IMG/VR virus record: IMGVR_UViG_3300029922_000029
Location: 44,700 to 108,699 of that record
Source of the DNA: a virus
Reading direction: 5' to 3' (one strand)
DNA: 64,000 nucleotides
Part shown: positions 57,412 through 64,000 of the stretch, in pieces
Layout: each line of letters starts with the position of its first letter
Numbering within the stretch: the first letter of the stretch is position 1
Notes under the pieces: model-generated
The model's input: the letters and a program-made list of their open reading frames with translations, nothing else
What the model was told of the DNA's origin: nothing
Database searches by the model: none
Program-made: the position numbers and the translations under genes

Positions 57412-58133
57412 ACCCGCGTTCGTTTTTTAGCTTACAGTTTTAGGCGCATAGGATAAGTCAGTAGGTATGGGTGAATGTTTTGAGTGCGGAGAGCCGGCCG
57501 AGCACAGACATCATGTGGTTCCAAAGTCGTTAGGTGGAACTAAGATGGTCCCTCTTTGCCTGAACTGTCACGGCAAAGTGCACAATGGTATTAATTTATT
57601 TACGCTTAGAAAAAAGGGCTTAGCTAAAAAAATAGCCGAAGGATGGAAGCCAGGACCAGAGCATACTTTTCGTATGGGTGACGAAAAAGAAACCGTATTG
57701 AGAGAACTTTATTTTAAGGGTGTGACACTAAGGGAGATTGCAGAGAACTTTGGCGTCTCCGAAGGTACGATTGAGCGTTTCACAAGAGAAAATAGAAGCG
57801 TCTATAAACCCAGAAGAAAAGATATACGCGAAATTGAAAGACTAGCTATTCCGTTGCTAACTGGAGGACAGCCAAAAGAAAGAGTTGCAGCGGAAATAGG
57901 TGTAAGTGTGACAACCATACTGAGGATAGCAAGAAGGAATGATATTGCTGGAAGGAGGCACAGAAAATTCAGTGCCGAAGATATGGCCACACTCGATAAA
58001 TTTTTAAGCGACGGAAAGCCTTTAGCCCATATTGCAAAATTAATGGATCGAGCTGAGACAGTCATTCATCGCCACAAGTGGAAGAGCCCATCTTATTTGG
58101 TAAATAAGGAATGACCCGCGTTCGTTTTTTAGC
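57412..58133. mobile_element. HNH cassette bounded by 20-bp perfect direct repeats
   Basis: ACCCGCGTTCGTTTTTTAGC at 57412-31 and 58114-33. Confidence 0.7.
57467..58114 (+). CDS. HNH endonuclease with three C-terminal HTH motifs
   Basis: 'CFECG....HRHHVVPKSLGG....PLCLNCHGKVH'; 'LREIAENFGVS', 'VAAEIGVS', 'LAHIAKLM'. Confidence 0.85.
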   Translation: MGECFECGEPAEHRHHVVPKSLGGTKMVPLCLNCHGKVHNGINLFTLRKKGLAKKIAEGWKPGPEHTFRMGDEKETVLRELYFKGVTLREIAENFGVSEGTIERFTRENRSVYKPRRKDIREIERLAIPLLTGGQPKERVAAEIGVSVTTILRIARRNDIAGRRHRKFSAEDMATLDKFLSDGKPLAHIAKLMDRAETVIHRHKWKSPSYLVNKE

Positions 58134-58136
58134 CCC

Positions 58137-58427
58137 TCACTTCTTCTTCCGATCGTAAGCATGATGCTCGTACATATGAGCGTAAAGCTTCTCGTTGTGG
58201 ATCCCGCTGGTGTGCTCGACCTCAGCAACGCTGTTGATGAAGGGTTCGGCGAGATCGCCGTATTCGGCTTGCGTGATCTGGCCGGCCAAGCTTTTCTTCC
58301 GGGCCTCTTCTGCTTTTTTGAAGGCAGGCAGTATCTTCTTTACGTGCTCGTCTGTGATCTTGGGCTCGGGCTTTTTCTTACCGAAGCCGAAGAAGGCAGT
58401 TTTGATGAGGCCGTGAGAGAGACTCAT
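58137..58427 (-). CDS. Leader-bearing small protein
   Basis: MSLSHGLIKTA. Confidence 0.7.
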   Translation of the reverse strand: MSLSHGLIKTAFFGFGKKKPEPKITDEHVKKILPAFKKAEEARKKSLAGQITQAEYGDLAEPFINSVAEVEHTSGIHNEKLYAHMYEHHAYDRKKK

Positions 58428-58615
58428 TCGGGTTTTTTCTTCCGGTTCGCGCCGTAAGCCGTACCTAAAGACCCCGCGGCCGCGGCGCCCATCAAGTAGT
58501 CTTTTCTGTGTTTGCTAAGATGTTTGCCGACAGCTTTACCGGCAGTTCTCGACTTGATGAAGGCCCTGTCGAGGCGAGTGTTGGCGGTTTTTTGGAGGGC
58601 GGTGGAGAAAGTCAT
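58424..58615 (-). CDS. Leader-bearing basic peptide with Gly/Ala helix
   Basis: MTFSTALQKTA. Confidence 0.7.
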   Translation of the reverse strand: MTFSTALQKTANTRLDRAFIKSRTAGKAVGKHLSKHRKDYLMGAAAAGSLGTAYGANRKKKPE

Positions 58616-58956
58616 TTTTTCTCTTCGTGTTTGTATTTGTGGCCCAAACGCTTGGCAATATGATAACCAGCATGACCACCGGCAACTACGCCAACTGGCA
58701 CAGTAGAAAGTAAAGCGATAGCGGCTGCTTTTCTTTTGGCTCCGTGAAGACGTGTCATACGTTCTTTGAGCAGCGTAATTGCTCCGGCTCCAGCTGCACC
58801 ACCAATATTCGCACCCAGGTGCGCAGCCCCACCCCGAAGCGCCCCAATTCCACGGTTAACAATGTGTCCGTGCTCATCTTTTTCACCGCCGGCAGCAGCT
58901 CCTATGAGGGCGCCGGTGACGAATGCCCGCTTCTGAAGTCCATCTGAAAAACTCAT
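58612..58956 (-). CDS. Leader-bearing glycine-zipper protein
   Basis: MSFSDGLQKRA; GALIGAAAG, GGAAGAG. Confidence 0.7.
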   Translation of the reverse strand: MSFSDGLQKRAFVTGALIGAAAGGEKDEHGHIVNRGIGALRGGAAHLGANIGGAAGAGAITLLKERMTRLHGAKRKAAAIALLSTVPVGVVAGGHAGYHIAKRLGHKYKHEEKK

Positions 58957-61088
58957 GCCACCCTCTGTTTCGGCTTAGAAATCGAAGCCTGCACCTTGCC
59001 GAGCGCTTCCGCGACTTCGGTGAGTTTACCCATTGCGCTGACGGCCGCTGACTCAGGAACTTCCTTGAGACCCAGCCGTGAAGCCAAGACGAGCTCAGCC
59101 AGATAATCGGCGACGCGCTCAAACACGGGCTGGAACGCCACGAACTTCGCGATATTCTCGGGGTTCAAGAAGTTGAGAGCAAGCAAGGCATCGACGGTGG
59201 CGCCCTGGACCTTGTCGGGCCCACCGAGCTCAGCGGCTTCTTTGATCAAGTTCTTGCGAACCATCGCTGCCAGCTTCTTGAGTTTGCCGAAGCGCGGATC
59301 CGAGCCGATCACTTCTTGGTGTGCGATTTTGGCGATGAGGGTCGCGGTGCCGTGAATCTTGACCCGCCCCTTCTTCTTGGCCTCCTCTTTGATCGAAGCG
59401 ATCTTTTCAACAGGCACGCCTAGGTTAGCCATGACGGCGTTGAGTGTGCGCTCGTCATACGATTTCTTCTCCAGGCCGTTACCGCCGAGCTCGAATGCCA
59501 TCCCACTCCAAAGCAAGGAAACGGGATCATTGTCCATGTGATGGCTGGCTTCTTTGTTGAGCCACTCTTTGGGAGTTTCGGTGACTTCTGAAAAGTCCTC
59601 AAGCGGCAGCCAGATCATCTTGTCTGGGATAATGTAGACGTCGGGCTGCGTCTCGACAAAGGCGTGGACGTCGAGCTTGATACTGTAGCCCTCTTGCTTC
59701 TGCGTGGGAGTGAGCGCGCCCTGGCCGAGCGTGGGCTTGGGTTCCTTCTTGATCAGGTCTCCGTACTGGCGGTGGATCCGGATCTTGCGGCCCGAGAGGA
59801 GCTCTTTCACGACGAGTTCACGGCCGCCGTTGTCGTAGGAGCCGTGCTTGACGTTCATGAGAATGGTGACAGGCACGGTCGCTACCACGTTGCCGGAATC
59901 CGCGAATACGAAGGTCCCGGTTTGGCCGACGCGGATGTCGGAAGGCTTGAGGAGCTGCTTGAGCTTCCCGCCGTTCTCGACGAGCATGCCCGCGATCGAC
60001 TTCTGGCAGCTCGAGTGATTCATGCCGCGGAAGATTTTGAGACCAGTCTTCTTACCGTCAAAGGTGACGACATTCGGAATCACGGCGCCCTCAATCATGA
60101 GATTGCCGCGGCCTTTCACGATGTACTGACCAAATTTAGAGGCCTCGACAGGCTTTTCCTGCATGTCGTCATAGAGCCAGACACCGCGGTCCGAGGGCTT
60201 TTTGATGACGATGATTTTCTCACCCTGCATGTCGACATCGTGGAGCACGTCCTGCGGCTTGGGAGAGATGCCAGACAAGAACTTGAGGCAGTCCTCGCGA
60301 TTGCATTTGATGACGTCTGACGTGTCCCACAGGCCGTCGGCCATCGAGAGGATCGAGTACTTGTCGGGGCCTTCCTTCTTGAGACTGGCGAGCGATCGCG
60401 GGATCAGGGATTCAGCGGACGCCACGAAATCCTGGCCGTTCGGATAGGTCTTTTTCGCCAGCTTCTGGATGATTTCCTTCTGGCCACGTTTCTCAAAAGA
60501 AAGGAGTAGTGCTGGCTGGTCGATGAAGGTTTTCTTGAAGTCGGCCGCTTCTTCGGAGCGGAAAGTGTCAGACAGATTATCGAGCAAGGGATAGCCTGCC
60601 GAGGCGTAGCTGTAGCGACCCTGGAGCGGCGGGTAAGTGGTCGTCCACATCGAGGGATCGTTGAAGTACTGGCCTGCCGTATCGGTCGGCCGCGCATCGA
60701 CGCCGTCGTCCATATTGCGCGAGAAGAATTCTTCGCGGAACGTGTCTTTGTGGAGCGGGTGAACGGCCTGGGTCTTCGACTCCATCCAGATGTCGAGCGG
60801 ACAGAGGCTCGAGTCCTTGATGATGAAGGGCACAAAAATCGTCTTGTTGGCGTCCATCGAGACCACGTGGATCGCACCGATCGCGGTACCGGTCTGTTCG
60901 TCGCGCTTTCGAAACTCGACCGTCAGTGGCAGAGTAGCAACATCTGGGAACTGTTCACGAAGCCGGGTCGTGACGGACTCCGCCCACTTCTGAGGATCCT
61001 CAGGGAGCTTGAACGTCTGGACTTGGGGAAGGGACGGTTCTACCGCGAAGAGGTTTTCTACCCCAGCCGCATGCTTCAGAATTGCCAT
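58953..61088 (-). CDS. Large head-associated protein with KxA motifs
   Basis: 711 aa; KHAA, KEAS, KIAS, KIAH, KLAA, KEAA; GGAGG SD. Confidence 0.6.
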   Translation of the reverse strand: MAILKHAAGVENLFAVEPSLPQVQTFKLPEDPQKWAESVTTRLREQFPDVATLPLTVEFRKRDEQTGTAIGAIHVVSMDANKTIFVPFIIKDSSLCPLDIWMESKTQAVHPLHKDTFREEFFSRNMDDGVDARPTDTAGQYFNDPSMWTTTYPPLQGRYSYASAGYPLLDNLSDTFRSEEAADFKKTFIDQPALLLSFEKRGQKEIIQKLAKKTYPNGQDFVASAESLIPRSLASLKKEGPDKYSILSMADGLWDTSDVIKCNREDCLKFLSGISPKPQDVLHDVDMQGEKIIVIKKPSDRGVWLYDDMQEKPVEASKFGQYIVKGRGNLMIEGAVIPNVVTFDGKKTGLKIFRGMNHSSCQKSIAGMLVENGGKLKQLLKPSDIRVGQTGTFVFADSGNVVATVPVTILMNVKHGSYDNGGRELVVKELLSGRKIRIHRQYGDLIKKEPKPTLGQGALTPTQKQEGYSIKLDVHAFVETQPDVYIIPDKMIWLPLEDFSEVTETPKEWLNKEASHHMDNDPVSLLWSGMAFELGGNGLEKKSYDERTLNAVMANLGVPVEKIASIKEEAKKKGRVKIHGTATLIAKIAHQEVIGSDPRFGKLKKLAAMVRKNLIKEAAELGGPDKVQGATVDALLALNFLNPENIAKFVAFQPVFERVADYLAELVLASRLGLKEVPESAAVSAMGKLTEVAEALGKVQASISKPKQRVA

Positions 61089-61149
61089 TGTATCAAGGCC
61101 TCCAGATACTCCCCAGTTTACACCAAGCAGATCAGGACCGCCATACTGC

Positions 61150-61698
61150 TTATAAGACCGGAACCGTGGCTATAAGCGGTTGGGGGGTCGGCGGAACCGA
61201 ATTGAGTCCCGTCAACATCACCTGAAGGCTAGCGAAGGCTGCCTGGAAAGCTTTCGGCATCTCGAGCTCCTGTGGCCCAATGACCGTGGGCGCTTTGAGT
61301 ACCGCGAGGGCCGACTGGAGTTGGGCTGTAGCCGCAGCAACCGATGTCGGCGCGAAGACCGCAACGGGTGGGGCCGAGAAGGTGGTGGGAGGGGTGGGTA
61401 CGCCGAGATACCCTCCGGTGACAAGCCAAACGCTTGCGGTGCAGGCAGCTTGAAACGCCAAGCTGTACTGTATCGCCATCGCGATCGGTGACGGTGAGAT
61501 CGGGACGCCTTCCATACCCGATGCAAATACTCCAGTAGCGAAGGTAAAGAGAGCTGTTCCCGAAAAGGGCAGTCCGATCTGGATGCCGGCGAGGAGAGCA
61601 GTGACAGCAAGCGCGCGCTGTTGGCAAGCTGCTCCGTCGGTCGGAACCGGGGGCAGTGCGTAAAATTGCGCTTGCCAAGTCGAGACTGGAGCAATCAT
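61150..61698 (-). CDS. Ala/Pro-rich baseplate-region protein
   Basis: Coupled downstream of spike gene. Confidence 0.55.
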   Translation of the reverse strand: MIAPVSTWQAQFYALPPVPTDGAACQQRALAVTALLAGIQIGLPFSGTALFTFATGVFASGMEGVPISPSPIAMAIQYSLAFQAACTASVWLVTGGYLGVPTPPTTFSAPPVAVFAPTSVAAATAQLQSALAVLKAPTVIGPQELEMPKAFQAAFASLQVMLTGLNSVPPTPQPLIATVPVL

Positions 61699-62000
61699 TC
61701 GGTGTGAGAACTCGTCGTGATATCGACCGACACAGTTGTGGGGGTGCTTGCGGCCGGATCACCGAATTTGGGGAGCCCGATATTGAAGTTGGGCGCAGCG
61801 GGTAGCTTGGGAAATGTGATTTTAGGCAACGGCGGTACGATCAAGGGAATCGGAGGAGTTGGCAGAGAGAAAGAGGGGAGAGAGGGAATACTGGGGAAAT
61901 TAAGGGTGAGAGGGATTCGCTCTGTCTTGGTGAGCGTCGTCTTGAGATTCCCATTCACAAAGTATTTTGCTGTGGCAGTTACAACTAAAACTGAGGCCAT
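61695..62000 (-). CDS. Pro-rich baseplate-region protein
   Basis: TAATG-coupled to spike; P-x-hydrophobic repeats. Confidence 0.55.
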   Translation of the reverse strand: MASVLVVTATAKYFVNGNLKTTLTKTERIPLTLNFPSIPSLPSFSLPTPPIPLIVPPLPKITFPKLPAAPNFNIGLPKFGDPAASTPTTVSVDITTSSHTE

Positions 62001-63367
62001 TACAAGTTTCCTTTCAGTTTGATGGAACTGGCTTTAGCAGAAGTGGTGGGGATCAGCTCCATCAGGGCCATCGTGGTAGGAGGTGTGGGTGGTGCAGAGG
62101 GCCCGCTTGAAGTGAGATGCGTGTGTTGGTCGAAGATATCTTTCAGTTTGCTGTACAGAACAGCAAAATCACCCGTGAGCGCAGCGCCGCTCCCAATGTA
62201 GGTTGTGTCGCCCGCGATCGAGACTGCCGGCGCGCTCATATTGATCGCCGTGGGGCTTGCCACATTAAAAGACTTGTCGGCCGCAACGCCGAAGCTTGAG
62301 GTTCCGTCTGGACTTCCGAAATTAGTTGCTCCCCCAATAACTGCGGAATGGCCATCCGAAGTTGTAAGGTGCAAACCCTGTGAATCGAGCGTGATCGAGT
62401 TGTTATTGGCATCGACCATGGAGACAGCGCCCGCCGTATCAATCATGAAGCGAGCACCACTTGCATGCATGAGAGCTAAAGAACTATCATCGGCCGTATC
62501 ATTGAAAACCAGCGCATGCCCAAGCGGGGTGAGGATTGAGCACTGCCTGTTTTCAAAGTCCATCTGGGCAACGTAGCCGCCTGGGCCGGAGGGTCCAGCG
62601 GCTAAGATCGTCTTGAGCGCCGTGATCATTTGAAAGAGGCCATCCTCCCGGATCTGGATGAGGACATTCTCCGTGTCGAGCGTCTTAGTGGAGGCCGTGA
62701 TGGGCCCGACTGCGAGCTCAAACGGCAACTGATTGTCCTGGCTCGAGCCCATCTGGAGTCTGGCACCCTTAGTGGGGTTGAGATTATCCCACGCCAAGAG
62801 ATCAAAAAGAGTTGAGTTCAGGGGTTGCGTGTTATCGTTACGCTGGGTATCCCAGTGGAGATAGCCACCGTTTGTGTCGAGTTCCCAGTCTTGACAAAGC
62901 GTGTAGATGATTTCCTTGGTCGGGATGTAGTAGGTCCGGCAGCCCTGCGTTGAGATAATTTCGAGCGCACCGCCAGAACGGAGGGTGATCCGGTTGCCCG
63001 CGATAGTCGAGGTGGTCTTGTCGCCTAGCTGAAGATTCTGGGTGTACTCATCGGTGCCCGGATTGGCGGAGCCATTCGCATTCTGAAGCGGCACATATCC
63101 CACGATGAAGGCTTCGTTATTGACAAACAGAATCACGCAGTAACAATTGGCCCGCGGGATGAAGACGTCTTCATCTCCCTCTGCGTGCCAGGCGTTATGA
63201 AGAAGCCTGACATCGGAGAGATCTAGGTCATCTGTGACACCGGGGAGCCCCACCGTCTTGGCTCGGCAAGTCCTGGCGTTTAGATCGACTGAGATGATTT
63301 TCCCTATGCAGGTCATCCCACTGAGCTTTCTGTCGACTGTGCCTTCCCAGGGGGACTTTTCTCTCAT
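62000..63367 (-). CDS. Baseplate central spike (gpV/gp138/gp5-like)
   Basis: N-terminal OB-like domain, beta-helix-like repeats, C-terminal 'FDQHTH' HxH apex motif. Start reassigned to ATG 63367. Confidence 0.7.
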   Translation of the reverse strand: MREKSPWEGTVDRKLSGMTCIGKIISVDLNARTCRAKTVGLPGVTDDLDLSDVRLLHNAWHAEGDEDVFIPRANCYCVILFVNNEAFIVGYVPLQNANGSANPGTDEYTQNLQLGDKTTSTIAGNRITLRSGGALEIISTQGCRTYYIPTKEIIYTLCQDWELDTNGGYLHWDTQRNDNTQPLNSTLFDLLAWDNLNPTKGARLQMGSSQDNQLPFELAVGPITASTKTLDTENVLIQIREDGLFQMITALKTILAAGPSGPGGYVAQMDFENRQCSILTPLGHALVFNDTADDSSLALMHASGARFMIDTAGAVSMVDANNNSITLDSQGLHLTTSDGHSAVIGGATNFGSPDGTSSFGVAADKSFNVASPTAINMSAPAVSIAGDTTYIGSGAALTGDFAVLYSKLKDIFDQHTHLTSSGPSAPPTPPTTMALMELIPTTSAKASSIKLKGNL

Positions 63368-63461
63368 GATGGATGACCCGACATTGGCATGGTTTGAGAG
63401 TAGCATGGGGGCAGGGAAAAATGTAGGGTTGTCGGGTATAAGGCTTATAGAGGAGAAATTT

Positions 63462-64000
63462 ATGAAGACACTTGTGGTAAAGACGCAGACAGAATTTGAT
63501 GCAATTGGTGAATGCAAAGAACACACAATCATCGAAATTAAATCAGATCCCGGTTTGTGGATTATCGTAAGAAAAGTTCCTGCTAACAGCCATGTCGTGG
63601 CCTGGGGATCCAGCCATGTCGTGGCCTGGGGATCCAGCCATGTCGAGGCCTGGGGATCCAGCCATGTCGAGGCCTGGGGATCCAGCCATGTCGTGGCCCG
63701 GGAATCCAGCCATGTCGAGGCCCGGGAATCCAGCCATGTCGTGGCCCGGGAATCCAGCCATGTCGAGGCCTGGGGATCCAGCCATGTCGAGGCCTGGGGA
63801 TCCAGCCATGTCGTGGCCTGGGGATCCAGCCATGTCGAGGCCTGGGGATCCAGCCATGTCGAGGCCCGGGGATCCAGCCATGTCGAGGCCCGGGAATCCA
63901 GCCATGTCGAGGCCTGGGGATCCAGCCATGTCGAGGCCGGGGGATCCAGCCATGTCGTGGCCCGGGAATCCAGCCATGTCGTGGCCCGGGAATCCAGCCA
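63462..64000 (+). CDS. Octapeptide-repeat (SSHV[EV]A[WR][GE]) beta-solenoid protein, 3' truncated; absent from ORF track
   Basis: GGTATAAG motif, GAGGAG SD, ATG 63462; MKTLVVKTQTEFD...NSHVVAWGSSHVVAWGSSHVEAWG...; open to window end. Confidence 0.85.
   Translation, partial: MKTLVVKTQTEFDAIGECKEHTIIEIKSDPGLWIIVRKVPANSHVVAWGSSHVVAWGSSHVEAWGSSHVEAWGSSHVVARESSHVEARESSHVVARESSHVEAWGSSHVEAWGSSHVVAWGSSHVEAWGSSHVEARGSSHVEARESSHVEAWGSSHVEAGGSSHVVARESSHVVARESS
63587..64000 (+). repeat. 24-bp tandem repeat, ~17 copies visible
   Basis: CAGCCATGTCG(A/T)GGCC(T/C/G)GGG(G/A)ATC head-to-tail. Confidence 0.95.

Noticed and set aside
58953-61088. Portal protein call
   Set aside because: Size fits, but I recognise no portal-specific features; left as head-associated. 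No portal was identified in the window.
63368-63532. N-terminal extension of the spike ORF
   Set aside because: Overlaps the divergent + gene and its promoter; ATG 63367 is more plausible.
63543-63977. Minus-strand ORF (MAGSPGLD)n
   Set aside because: Antisense shadow of the repeat; the + frame has a promoter motif, SD and a unique N-terminus.
63587-64000. Possible CRISPR array
   Set aside because: Repeats are head-to-tail with no unique spacers, keep an 8-codon frame, and no cas genes are visible.
1-64000. Alternative genetic code, introns/inteins, diversity-generating retroelement, integrase
   Set aside because: TAA, TAG and TGA all terminate tightly packed genes; terL, PolA and MCP look uninterrupted; no reverse transcriptase, TR/VR pair or recombinase was recognised.

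Overview
A 64-kb segment of a large contractile-tailed (myovirus-type, probably jumbo) dsDNA phage read with the standard code. Position 1 to ~18 kb is a dense + strand block of small accessory genes ending in a non-canonical tRNA-Asn. It includes a PD-(D/E)XK nuclease, an inactive-looking MBL-fold protein, a Fis-HTH/antitoxin fusion, Tad2-like proteins, MmcB-like, SLOG, DUF1643 and a phosphoesterase. 18-38.6 kb is a - strand morphogenesis block: tail tube, sheath, neck proteins, major capsid, decoration, scaffold/core proteins and prohead protease, interrupted by HNH endonucleases. 38.6-50.3 kb is a second + strand block with a glycosyltransferase, a divergent family-A DNA polymerase, a repeat-bounded small-gene array, a collagen-like lipoprotein, a methyltransferase and an RNAP alpha-CTD mimic. 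50.3-63.4 kb is mostly - strand: terminase large subunit, double HNH, macrodomain, a probable iteron origin at ~55.2-56.1 kb, head proteins and a baseplate spike. The window ends inside an octapeptide-repeat gene. The most striking signal is that eleven otherwise unrelated small proteins at six loci share an N-terminal leader, M-x-F-S-x-G-L-x-K-x-[AS]. The same K-x-A motif recurs throughout the head proteins. This suggests a capsid-targeting/protease-cleaved leader system that loads diverse cargo (glycine-zipper peptides, a kinase-like protein) into the virion. All family calls come from motif recognition by eye; no database searches were run.
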